From: a bacterium
GTDB lineage: Bacteria; Patescibacteriota; Minisyncoccia; Phycocordibacterales; Zambryskibacteraceae
Length of the DNA: 63,425 nucleotides
Reading direction: 5' to 3'
Assembly: GCA_030650605.1 (NCBI GenBank)
Contig: JAUSDP010000035.1
Location: 1 to 63,425 of the forward strand
Part shown: positions 27,065 through 35,516 of the stretch, one piece after another
Layout: each line of letters opens with the position of its first letter
Position numbering within the stretch: position 1 is the stretch's first letter
Translations under genes and position numbers: made by a program
The notes under the pieces: generated by a model
What the model saw: only the letters and a program-made list of their open reading frames with translations
Databases searched by the model: none
Told to the model about the DNA's origin: nothing

Positions 27065-28587
27065 GCTTTGTTTACAGTATCATACGCTACCTTATTAGAT
27101 CCTGAGCACCGTACAAAAATAAAGATCGCGAGATAAATTAGAACAATTAACCAAATGGGTACAGAAGGAACAGCGACAGAGGTAAAAGAAAGATTGCCGG
27201 AAACACCAGAGACTCCCAAGATCCAAGCAAGTAGGATATAGGTCGCGTAGGAAAATGGCAACGCCAAAATGGAACTCGCGTACGCGATAAGAGTAGCGAT
27301 AAAACCAAGGAACATGGTGGCGGGTATGATGAGTAAGACCAAAATGTTGGCCGGCAAAGAAGCCAGAGAGAAGTCCCCCACGGAATAGATAAGGAGCGGT
27401 AACACTGTGACCTGAGTAGCTACAGTAGTAGCAATAATTATACGTAATCCCCATTTCTCAGGTATTAACACCAAATATTTTTCAAGAATTGGTACTAGAT
27501 AAATAAGAGCACAAGTAGCGAGGAAGGATAATTGAAAGGAAGGATCGAAGACTAAGATTTTAGGGTTGTGGAGAATCATTAAGAAAGCGGCTACTAGAAG
27601 AGCGCGGGGCGCGGAGTATCGGCGACCCAGCATTTTAGCCGCGATGACAACAAGCACCATGAGCGCCGCCCGTACCACGGTCGCTTCTGCGCCCGTCATA
27701 AGAACGAAAAGAATAATGCCGAGAATGGATGCCCCGGCCACCAACCGCGGGCTGACCCACATGTGAGCCAACAAGAAAAAGTTTTCTAACATTTTGCGCA
27801 TAAACTCGGCGATAATTGTGATGTTGTAACCAGAGAGTACTACGATGTGTATCACACCCGCCCGACGAAATTCTTCGAGAATATCCTTCGGCATCGCTTC
27901 TCTACCGGAAACAATAAGGCCAGAGAGGAGACTGGCGTACGGCTCCGATAAAATTTCTTTAGTCTTTCCTACAAAACTTCTTTTTATTTTAAAAAGTGCG
28001 CGTTTGATAAGATTACCGTGACCACTAGAAAGTACCTCAACCTTCGTGAAGTTTAGAGTGTAATAAATATCGTCTTTCGAGAGATACTTACCGTAATCAA
28101 ATGGCCGGCCACCATTCTCATCATCTATGATCCCCGGCTCTTGGAGTTTACCGTTTACCTCTATTCTGTCTCCATACTGGATAGGACTATATAAATCCGT
28201 ATTCACTAAAACCTTCTCTCCGTTATCCGCCAGTAAAATAAACCGAGTGGTATTTTCCCTCTGCTCTGGTTCACTTACCACAATACCGGTAGATATTGGA
28301 ATGAGTGGCTCATGGAAATCTTTTATAGAGTAACGTAGAACACCCAGACCGAATGATAACAAGGCGAGAGATAGAAATAAAACTTCCTTAATTATTTTCT
28401 TATTCCAAATTTTCTCCGCGACAAGAAGAGTCGAACCGATAATTACTACAAAAACGCTTATTAGTGGAACAATGAAAACAAAAGATGAAGCCAGAATACC
28501 CGAGATGAAACCAAAAATAAAAACGAAAATGCTATTTGTATTTGTCTTTTGGTCCATTATAGAGAACGGGAGTAAAATCATCAGCAA
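27061..28587 (-). CDS. comEC: ComEC/Rec2 membrane channel part (DUF4131 + competence domain), lacking the MBL domain
   Basis: Polytopic protein with ...AGVIHIVVLSGYNITII... and ...ATVVRAALMVLVV.... ATGA overlap with the downstream vanX-like gene. Confidence 0.75.
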   Translation of the reverse strand: MLMILLPFSIMDQKTNTNSIFVFIFGFISGILASSFVFIVPLISVFVVIIGSTLLVAEKIWNKKIIKEVLFLSLALLSFGLGVLRYSIKDFHEPLIPISTGIVVSEPEQRENTTRFILLADNGEKVLVNTDLYSPIQYGDRIEVNGKLQEPGIIDDENGGRPFDYGKYLSKDDIYYTLNFTKVEVLSSGHGNLIKRALFKIKRSFVGKTKEILSEPYASLLSGLIVSGREAMPKDILEEFRRAGVIHIVVLSGYNITIIAEFMRKMLENFFLLAHMWVSPRLVAGASILGIILFVLMTGAEATVVRAALMVLVVIAAKMLGRRYSAPRALLVAAFLMILHNPKILVFDPSFQLSFLATCALIYLVPILEKYLVLIPEKWGLRIIIATTVATQVTVLPLLIYSVGDFSLASLPANILVLLIIPATMFLGFIATLIAYASSILALPFSYATYILLAWILGVSGVSGNLSFTSVAVPSVPIWLIVLIYLAIFIFVRCSGSNKVAYDTVNKA

Positions 28588-29011
28588 AAGTGGTAGCTAT
28601 CTCATCTGCTCGTTCGTTTAGAGGTATGCCAGCATGCCCTGCCACATATTTCCACTCCACCTTTCTTCCTCCTGAAAGTTCGAGAAGTTTCTGCCATAAA
28701 TCCTGATTGAGCACGGGCTTCTTACCCGCTGTCTTCCAATTTTTCTTCTGCCATCTATGTATCCACTCCGTCATACCCTTAGACACATATTCGGAATCGG
28801 TATAAATCTGAATAGGTTGATTTGAAAATTGAGAATTAGAAATTGTAAATTCGAGCGAGCGAATACAGGCCGTCAATTCCATTTTATTGTTTGTGGTATG
28901 AGAATCTCTTCCGCCTATTTCTAAAACCCAATCTTCGCTCGCGATAATCCCTCCCCATCCCCCGGGTCCCGGATTTCCTCTCGATGCCCCGTCTGTATAG
29001 ATAGTAATCAT
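28532..29011 (-). CDS. rnhA: ribonuclease HI
   Basis: Start at MITIYTDGASRGNPGPGGWG (ATG at 29011). NNKMELTA, YTDSEYV, and the HAGIPLNERADEIA motif. Confidence 0.88.
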   Translation of the reverse strand: MITIYTDGASRGNPGPGGWGGIIASEDWVLEIGGRDSHTTNNKMELTACIRSLEFTISNSQFSNQPIQIYTDSEYVSKGMTEWIHRWQKKNWKTAGKKPVLNQDLWQKLLELSGGRKVEWKYVAGHAGIPLNERADEIATTFADDFTPVLYNGPKDKYK

Positions 29012-29104
29012 TGAAACTAATATAGCATGCCTTAACTTAAAGAGGTTAATGAGCACTAATGTGGACACTAATGGTGGTTATTCCTAATTAACGAGTCTAT
29101 TGTC

Positions 29105-29416
29105 TTAAAGCGGAATATGCGTCAAAATCCATCCAAAAAGAACGACGGGTAGTAAAAAATTTACAATACTCAAAACGATTAAAATCCGTGCATGCAATGA
29201 ATTTTGTTTTCTTTCATACATTCCAATCACAAAAGAAATGATTGGAAAAAGATAACCAATAGCCGTAGGAATCGGCCACCATAAAGATGAGAACCACAAA
29301 TTGATCTCATGAAGAGGAAAAAAGAAAGGGTTAAAAAGCGTTATCAGCCAAAAAAGAATCGATAAAATCAAAAACAGGTAACCGATGAAAATGATGGAAC
29401 TTATTTTAGAGCTCAC
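29105..29416 (-). CDS. small polytopic membrane protein (hypothetical)
   Basis: 103 aa with three hydrophobic helices. Confidence 0.4.
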   Translation of the reverse strand: MSSKISSIIFIGYLFLILSILFWLITLFNPFFFPLHEINLWFSSLWWPIPTAIGYLFPIISFVIGMYERKQNSLHARILIVLSIVNFLLPVVLFGWILTHIPL

Positions 29417-29491
29417 ATTTTAATTATACTTATTTTTTATTGTCGGGCAATGCATGTATGATATCAGTCGTATGAGTAACTTTATCCTTAT

Positions 29492-31132
29492 CTAGGGCTC
29501 TATATCAACAATTCTTAGGCGCAACTCTGGATAATTTCTGAAATATGATTTTTCGAGATTGGCGAGCAGGGAGATATATGTACCGGGAGTCAGAGGGGTA
29601 GAATAAGAATCTGGGCTCGAGAAAAAAGAAATTGCTTTTACTTCCCTGTCTCCACCATTAAACGTAACTTCCAAATGATTTCCTTCTTTACCAAACTTTT
29701 TTACTGATTTTATTTGGGCATTAGGAATTTTAAAAATCGGTTTTTTGTTTCCCATACCAAATGGCGCGAATTGAGAAATGGTATCCCAGAGATGTTCTCC
29801 AATATCATTCAAATTTATATTTAGTAAAGAAGCATCAGCACTTGGAAGCCCGGCCTCTAAACCTGATAAAGTTTTGGTCAATCTCTCTTCGAGGGTTGTG
29901 AGACTTTCAAGAGTGACAGAAAATCCGCCCGCGCCCGTATGTCCACCGAACTCCACAAATGCATCATTAGTCGCGCTCATTAGCACAAAAAGGTCGTAGC
30001 CGTTGTACGAACGGCAGGAACCTTTAAGCGTCCCGTTCCCACTTCTACCCCAGACGAAAGCCGGTCTTTCATACTCCTCGACAAGCGAATTGGCAACCAA
30101 ACCGAGAAGGGCGGGCCGCCATTCCGGATTACCAATGACGATAACGTCAGCAATTTCTTCGCGGCCAGCGAGTCTAGACTTTGCTTCTTTAACAATACTT
30201 GCCACCACCCCCTTACGCTCGTTATTTATCTTCTCAAGGTGAAGAGCGAGTCTCTCCGCTTCGCCATAATCTTTCGTCTTCAAGAGTTTGAATGCATCCT
30301 CTGGTACTCCCATGCGCGAGGCAGCATTAATACGCGGGGTAATCATGAAAGTAACGTCGTCCTCCGAGAGAGTACTTTGGTCAAGATTCATTTTCTTGAA
30401 AAGCGCAGCGAGTCCCGGCCGAGGAGACTTACGCAAAACTGAGAGTCCGAAACGAGCAAGAATTCTGTTCTCACCAAGAAGCGGTACCATATCCGAAAGA
30501 GTGGCAATAGCCACCATATCGAGAGACCATTTCTCCATGCCATCTTTGACGCCAAAAGTTTCGCGGGCCACAACAGCCTGCACCAACTTGAACGCAACTG
30601 CTGCACCACAGAGTCCTTTGAATGGGTAATTAGAATCGTCCCTATTTTGATTGACGATAGCGTAGGCATCGGGCAGAACAGGATTCGGTTTGTGATGGTC
30701 AGTGATGATAACATCAATACCCTTTTCATTAGCAAATGCCACTTCCTTAGTGTTGGCAATGCCGCAATCAACAGTAATCATGAGCTTAGCGTCACGCGTA
30801 GCAATTTCTGTTATCGCATCCTGATTGAGACCGAAGCCTTCGTCATGCCTATGCGGAATGTAGAAAGAAATGTTTTTATATCCCGTACGCACAAAGAAAT
30901 CAGAAAGTACCACCGCACCTGGCAAGCCATCACAATCGTAGTCGGAGAAAACAACGATATGCTCATTGTCTTTGATCGCTTTTATCACTCTGTCGCGAGC
31001 CTTCTCCATATCAGGTAATAAAAGCGGGTCGTAGAGCTTCTCGTAATCTGGATTCAGGAAGTCTTCCTGTTCTTCCGGAGTAACACCGCGCTCCTTGAGC
31101 ATGGTCTCGAATAGTTCCGGAAAATGTTGCAT
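29492..31132 (-). CDS. recJ: single-stranded-DNA-specific exonuclease RecJ
   Basis: DHH-family motifs VFSDYDCDG, ITVDCG, IITDHHKP; DHHA1 GGHTGAGG. Confidence 0.9.
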   Translation of the reverse strand: MQHFPELFETMLKERGVTPEEQEDFLNPDYEKLYDPLLLPDMEKARDRVIKAIKDNEHIVVFSDYDCDGLPGAVVLSDFFVRTGYKNISFYIPHRHDEGFGLNQDAITEIATRDAKLMITVDCGIANTKEVAFANEKGIDVIITDHHKPNPVLPDAYAIVNQNRDDSNYPFKGLCGAAVAFKLVQAVVARETFGVKDGMEKWSLDMVAIATLSDMVPLLGENRILARFGLSVLRKSPRPGLAALFKKMNLDQSTLSEDDVTFMITPRINAASRMGVPEDAFKLLKTKDYGEAERLALHLEKINNERKGVVASIVKEAKSRLAGREEIADVIVIGNPEWRPALLGLVANSLVEEYERPAFVWGRSGNGTLKGSCRSYNGYDLFVLMSATNDAFVEFGGHTGAGGFSVTLESLTTLEERLTKTLSGLEAGLPSADASLLNINLNDIGEHLWDTISQFAPFGMGNKKPIFKIPNAQIKSVKKFGKEGNHLEVTFNGGDREVKAISFFSSPDSYSTPLTPGTYISLLANLEKSYFRNYPELRLRIVDIEP

Positions 31133-31199
31133 TGGACTATTCTAGCACGCCCGCCTGCCATGCTTGGCACTAGCGGGCAGGCGTATTAAGATAGACCTT

Positions 31200-32111
31200 A
31201 TGAAGGGTAATGGCATGATGGAGGGAGTAGTTATTTTGGTTATTCTCATTGTCATTATGTTTATTACACCTAAGGGAAAACCCAATTCTACAGCTAATCC
31301 CCCTAATTCTTCGGGAAACACTAATTCGAGTGGAGAAAATATCATCGCCACAAACTCAACCTACGCGCCAGATATCTCTTTAAGCACTGGCAATGCATCT
31401 TATACTTATCAACCTTACGAAGAATATATAACTATATATAACACAGGCAGTGAATCAGTAGACATTACCAACTGGCGACTAAAAAATGCTAAAGATAAAC
31501 GCGCTTATGATCTCGGTGGTGGGCCGCGATATTTCCCGGCAGATACGGCCACTATTGGTCAAGCTGCGTTTTTCGTATCGCCTAATGGTCTCAATAAGTT
31601 TCAGAACATCGTGCTCAAAACAAGCGAAACAGCTATCATCACCACCGGCTCAATCGGTTCTCAATTGCCGTATAAAATCGTGAGCTTCAAAGAAAATATT
31701 TGCTCTGGTTATCTGGAAGACTTGTCTGAATACGCGTTCATGCCGGCACTTGCACACAATTGTCCCAGACCGAGAGATGAAACTGGAGTGAATGCTCTTG
31801 ATAATGAATGTCGAGGATTCATTGAGGGAATGAGCTCCTGCCACACACCGGAATTCAATACTCGAGACAGAGACGGAGAGATTTGTTCTAACTGTGTAGA
31901 CTCTAAATTGCTTTCAAGCTCTTGTGTTGCCTTTATTAAAAATCATTTCAATTACAGTTCTTGTATCGCCAATCATGCTAATGACTCAAACTTTTCTGGC
32001 CAAACATGGCGGATATTTCTTGGTAGAGGTTGGGAGATGTGGGCTGACAAATATGAAACTATTTCTCTCCTAGATAAATTGAATAAATTAGTCACAGAAG
32101 AAACTTATTAA
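31200..32111 (+). CDS. membrane-anchored lamin-tail-domain (LTD)-like protein with a Cys-rich C-terminus
   Basis: ATG at 31200 (the track start is TTG). TM VVILVILIVIMFI. EYITIYNTGSESVDITNWRLKN resembles the LTD motif. The C-terminal 120 aa carry about 10 Cys. Confidence 0.45.
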   Translation: MKGNGMMEGVVILVILIVIMFITPKGKPNSTANPPNSSGNTNSSGENIIATNSTYAPDISLSTGNASYTYQPYEEYITIYNTGSESVDITNWRLKNAKDKRAYDLGGGPRYFPADTATIGQAAFFVSPNGLNKFQNIVLKTSETAIITTGSIGSQLPYKIVSFKENICSGYLEDLSEYAFMPALAHNCPRPRDETGVNALDNECRGFIEGMSSCHTPEFNTRDRDGEICSNCVDSKLLSSSCVAFIKNHFNYSSCIANHANDSNFSGQTWRIFLGRGWEMWADKYETISLLDKLNKLVTEETY

Positions 32112-32140
32112 ATTAGTTCGGCAAACTCACTACAAGTAAA

Positions 32141-32515
32141 ATGAACAATCTCAACTGTATCTTTTGCAAAATAGTTAAGGGAGAAATTCCCGCATATAAA
32201 GTATATGGGGATGAAAATTTTCTAGCGTTTCTGGATATCAACCCGCAATCTCCGGGGCACACTCAGGTTATTACAAAAAAACACTATAGATGGGTTTGGG
32301 ACGCTCCCAATGCTGGAGAATACTTTGAAGTTGTTAAGAAAATTGCCAAAGCGCAACAAAAAGCATTTGGAACAGACTTCATTCTTTCCAAAATAGTTGG
32401 TGATGAAGTAGAACATGCACACATCTGGGTATTCCCCAATGCAAAAATTGTCGGAGATAAAAAAGATTTTGAAAATAACGCCTCAAAAATCCGACGGGCT
32501 ATTATTTTAAATTAG
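32141..32515 (+). CDS. HIT-family protein
   Basis: CIFCKIVKGEIPAYKVYGDENFLAFLDINPQSPGHTQVI. Triad region reads EHAHIWV, so the third His of H-x-H-x-H is Trp. Confidence 0.75.
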   Translation: MNNLNCIFCKIVKGEIPAYKVYGDENFLAFLDINPQSPGHTQVITKKHYRWVWDAPNAGEYFEVVKKIAKAQQKAFGTDFILSKIVGDEVEHAHIWVFPNAKIVGDKKDFENNASKIRRAIILN

Positions 32516-32536
32516 AATCCGTGCCGTTTTACTGGG

Positions 32537-32565
32537 TTGACAGACTAGAGTATCTATGCTAATAT
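32537..32565 (+). promoter_or_regulatory. near-consensus sigma70-type promoter
   Basis: TTGACA (32537-32542), a 17-nt spacer, then TAATAT (32560-32565). Confidence 0.6.
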
Positions 32566-32571
32566 GGACTA

Positions 32572-32796
32572 GCAGAGCATATTGTAATGGCTGAGTGATT
32601 ACGTGTTGCCACAGCCCCACGAATATCATAAGGCGACCCGAAAGTCGATATTGTCGGCACCTCTGATCTGTTTGGGTAATCAGGATCTTGAGGAAGTACG
32701 GTTCTCCGCCCTTCTCCCTCTCGCAACAGCGGGAAAAGCGGGTGAACTCTCAAGGATTACTTGGCAATAAAGCCAAGAAATCTAAGGAGGGTTGGC
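32572..32796 (+). promoter_or_regulatory. long GC-rich structured 5' leader / candidate cis-regulatory RNA
   Basis: About 225 nt between the promoter and the SD-preceded ATG at 32797. Hairpins at 32584-32602 (GTAAT..ATTAC), 32660-32693 (CCTC-GATCTG..CAGGATC-GAGG) and 32760-32777 (CTTGGC-AATAAA-GCCAAG). A pyrimidine tract CCGCCCTTCTCCCTCTCGC is complementary to the SD AAGGAGGG. Confidence 0.35.
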
Positions 32797-33135
32797 ATGA
32801 AGAAAATCGTTGTGTTAGATAAAATTGTTGATGGGATTGAGCCGTATGATCGGCAATACGTCTTGGGTGAGGTGGCAGGTTACTGTCGCCGAAACCCATC
32901 GATTTTGCGAAACGCTGGCATAGTGATCGTTATGAGTCGGGGTTATCATTCACGCATAGGTGTGTGGGATGACACCGCAAGGCCGGTTTATTGTGTTTGT
33001 TTCGAGATCGATGAATTGACTGAGGCAAAGAGAGAGTTTCTCCTAGAAGGTATCGGCAGCTGGGCTGTGGAACTCAAAGTTCTGCCGGACTACTGGGAGA
33101 CGACTATCCTCTACCCTAGTGAGTTCAAGAAGTAA
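32797..33135 (+). CDS. hypothetical protein (112 aa), GC-rich orphan
   Basis: ATG at 32797 preceded by TAAGGAGGGTTGGC. Strong terminator downstream. No motif recognised. Confidence 0.5.
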   Translation: MKKIVVLDKIVDGIEPYDRQYVLGEVAGYCRRNPSILRNAGIVIVMSRGYHSRIGVWDDTARPVYCVCFEIDELTEAKREFLLEGIGSWAVELKVLPDYWETTILYPSEFKK

Positions 33136-33144
33136 CCGATCCAT

Positions 33145-33184
33145 AAGCCCGCCACGTCTAGGACGTTCGGCGGGCTTTTTTTGA
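33145..33184 (+). terminator. rho-independent terminator
   Basis: AGCCCGCC-ACGTC-TAG-GACGT-TC-GGCGGGCT followed by TTTTTTT. Confidence 0.8.
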
Positions 33185-33221
33185 TTTATTTATTACCTGA
33201 TTTTCTATATAATAAGAAGAT

Positions 33222-33659
33222 ATGAGCTCCAATCTTGATACTGTTCTAGCCATTTTGAAAAACGAAGTTGATGGTGATGTTTCTGCCGCGCTTGAGAAGA
33301 TGAGCAACGCGTATTCAATGACATGGATGTATCACAGCAAAGATATACTATTCCCTACATCAAAACCAAATGTAGAGAAGGAAATTAAAGAAATATATTC
33401 TACACGAGGGAGAAAATATCGGATTAAGAATACGGCTGAGGGTGAAAATATAGTAATGCTCGAACTTATAGAAAGTTATCTCGACTCAGAAACAGGTCAG
33501 CTTCACCAAACACCGTTAGTGCTTGTTCTTGAGATGGTAGAAGGAAAGATCAAAACCGGACGACATTATTGCGATCCCCAGCTTTCTTATGAAAATTTGT
33601 CTGAGAAACAACTAGAACAAGGATATAGAAATGCGCCCGATAAACAGATTATTGAATAA
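33222..33659 (+). CDS. hypothetical protein (145 aa), possibly NTF2/SnoaL-like
   Basis: Size and alpha+beta pattern only. No catalytic motif recognised. Confidence 0.35.
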   Translation: MSSNLDTVLAILKNEVDGDVSAALEKMSNAYSMTWMYHSKDILFPTSKPNVEKEIKEIYSTRGRKYRIKNTAEGENIVMLELIESYLDSETGQLHQTPLVLVLEMVEGKIKTGRHYCDPQLSYENLSEKQLEQGYRNAPDKQIIE

Positions 33660-33777
33660 TTGATTGTGAGGAACTTGACTTATTTTTAAGTATGAAGCAT
33701 ACAGAGATGTTGCCTACGTAGATTTAGATAACATACAAAAAATTTCATTCGAGAAAGAATAACTATAAAACATACAT

Positions 33778-33811
33778 ACGCTACTTTCATGCTATAGCAT
33801 TATATTAACGT
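33778..33811. promoter_or_regulatory. 34-bp symmetric site D2 (downstream of 33844-34410)
   Basis: ACGCTA-CTTTC-ATGCTATAGCAT-TATAT-TAACGT. Perfect 12-bp palindromic core. Same layout as D1/U1 but a different core. Confidence 0.7.
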
Positions 33812-33843
33812 ATTAAATAAATGATAAATAAGGAAAAAGAAGA

Positions 33844-34410
33844 TTAAATTAGAGCGAAATCTTCTCGTAGATGTTTGTCATTTTCTAGTTCATCAACAAT
33901 TAAATACAGTAAATGCTTACCAACGCCGAAATCAGTCTTTAATAATGTGATGATATCTTCACAATCATAAGGATATACCCAAACACTATCCTGAAGACGA
34001 AGAAATCCTGTTTGCCGAAAGAGCATGGTAATGTAATTTCTAATATTCTTTTTCTTCTCTGGGATATCAAAGATCATTACTCTCCACTTTTTGTCCCATC
34101 TCTTTGGTTTCTTCAATCGAAAATCAGCAAATTGCCAACGATGTAAAAGTTTCTCCCCGTCAGAAGTCAAACAATATTTTTTACCATTATAAGAAAGGAG
34201 TCCCCGTTTAACCAATTTACTTGCCGAAGAAGCTATATATTCTCTCTGCCTAATATTTGTAATAACGCCCAGCTTGCTAAGTGCTTTTATTACATTGGGG
34301 GCTACAAGACCTATACTCAAGACCCCTACGGTCGCTATTGTTTGCAAAATAGCATATTGCAAATTTTTACGCTTGGATTTTTCCCTACTTTTCTCTTCAA
34401 GTTTTCCCAT
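33844..34410 (-). CDS. wHTH + Cas2/PaaX-fold domain protein (paralog 2)
   Basis: 188 aa, collinear with 23441-24007 and roughly two thirds identical by eye. WDKKWRVMIFDIPEKKKNIRNYITMLFRQTGFLRLQDSVWVYPYD. Confidence 0.6.
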   Translation of the reverse strand: MGKLEEKSREKSKRKNLQYAILQTIATVGVLSIGLVAPNVIKALSKLGVITNIRQREYIASSASKLVKRGLLSYNGKKYCLTSDGEKLLHRWQFADFRLKKPKRWDKKWRVMIFDIPEKKKNIRNYITMLFRQTGFLRLQDSVWVYPYDCEDIITLLKTDFGVGKHLLYLIVDELENDKHLREDFALI

Positions 34411-34444
34411 ACGCTATATTAATGCTATAGCATAATTATAACGT
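34411..34444. promoter_or_regulatory. 34-bp symmetric site U2 (abuts the start codon of 33844-34410; overlaps a -10 box)
   Basis: ACGCTA-TATTA-ATGCTATAGCAT-AATTA-TAACGT. The coding strand reads ACGTTATAATTATGCTATAGCAT, i.e. TATAAT 24 nt before the ATG. Confidence 0.7.
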
Positions 34445-34472
34445 ATATGTTTGTTTATTACTAATTTATTTA

Positions 34473-35516
34473 TTAAAATTGTTGGTGATTTAGAGCTTCG
34501 ATGCCAGGGAGAGTGCCTGTGGCTAAGAAGTCGAGCATGGCGCCACCACCGATTGAGACAAAAGAAAATTTATCTAAGATATTTAATTCCGTGATAGCGG
34601 CAATAGTATCCCCTCCTCCGACAATAGACTCACCTTTAAATTCAGAGATCATTTTAGCCAAAGCAAGTGTGGCCACTTTGTAGCCATTCTCATAACTTCC
34701 TAGTGGGCCATTCCATAACACTAGTTTCGAAGCGGAAATGATGGGTTTCAAATTCTCGATAGATCTAGGGCCAGCATCTAAAATCTTGCCATCTTTAATA
34801 ATAGTATCTTCCGGCAAAATTATCTTACCAGTTTTCAGAAGTGCCCTGAGACCAAAGTCTCCTTCACTCACCAGTGAGTTGTCAATATCAACTCCTTGCT
34901 CTTTGAAAAAATTATTAGCCAAGGCGCCTCCCACAAAAATATGGTCGGCGATAGCAATAAATTTTTTAAGCAGTGGCAATTTAGTGTCAAATTTAGCTCC
35001 GCCAATAATAAATAGAAACGGTTTCTTGGGATAGAAGGCTTTAGAAAGTTTTTTGATCTCGAGAGCAAACTGTAGACCGATGAAGCTTGGTAGAAGTTTA
35101 GGTAGTCCCACTATGGAGGCATGCTCTCGATGTGATACAGAGAATGCTTCATTAACAAATACATCTCCTAAGTGAGCGAGTTTTTTAGCAAAGGCATTAT
35201 TATTGTCCCTCTCTCCAGTATTCTGACGGAGATTCTCGAGGAGCACCAAATCACTCGGCTTCACATATGTCAGTTGAGGAATAAATGCTTTGACATACTT
35301 ATATATAGGCTCCAGAGAATCTCTGTCTCTTTCTGCATGACTGATCAAAGTTATTTTGGCTCCAGCTTTTTGTAAATATTCTATGGTAGGTAATGATTTT
35401 TGGATTTGGTAATCATTTATTACTTCATTACCTTGAGTCGGCACGCTCCAATCTACTCTCACGAGGACTCTCTTACCCTTCAAATCTCCAGCTTCCAGAA
35501 TAGATTTTAAATTCAT
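34473..35516 (-). CDS. pgk: phosphoglycerate kinase (shortened, 347 aa)
   Basis: GKRVLVRVDWSVPTQGNEVINDYQIQKSLPTIEYL, ...FVNEAFSVSHREHAS..., ...WNGPLGSYE..., GGGDT. Confidence 0.85.
   Translation of the reverse strand: MNLKSILEAGDLKGKRVLVRVDWSVPTQGNEVINDYQIQKSLPTIEYLQKAGAKITLISHAERDRDSLEPIYKYVKAFIPQLTYVKPSDLVLLENLRQNTGERDNNNAFAKKLAHLGDVFVNEAFSVSHREHASIVGLPKLLPSFIGLQFALEIKKLSKAFYPKKPFLFIIGGAKFDTKLPLLKKFIAIADHIFVGGALANNFFKEQGVDIDNSLVSEGDFGLRALLKTGKIILPEDTIIKDGKILDAGPRSIENLKPIISASKLVLWNGPLGSYENGYKVATLALAKMISEFKGESIVGGGDTIAAITELNILDKFSFVSIGGGAMLDFLATGTLPGIEALNHQQF

Noticed and set aside
32572-32700. TPP riboswitch
   Set aside because: There are only loose similarities (CUGAGU, ACCUCUGAUCUG...GGUAAUCAGG). 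The conserved CUGAGA and the GCG/GGGA pyrophosphate-sensor elements and their spacing are not met, and the downstream gene is not thiamine-related. It needs a covariance-model test.
32559-32753. 64-aa minus-strand ORF in the GC-rich leader
   Set aside because: It has no start context and runs antisense to a region with a consensus plus-strand promoter. GC-rich DNA produces long chance ORFs.
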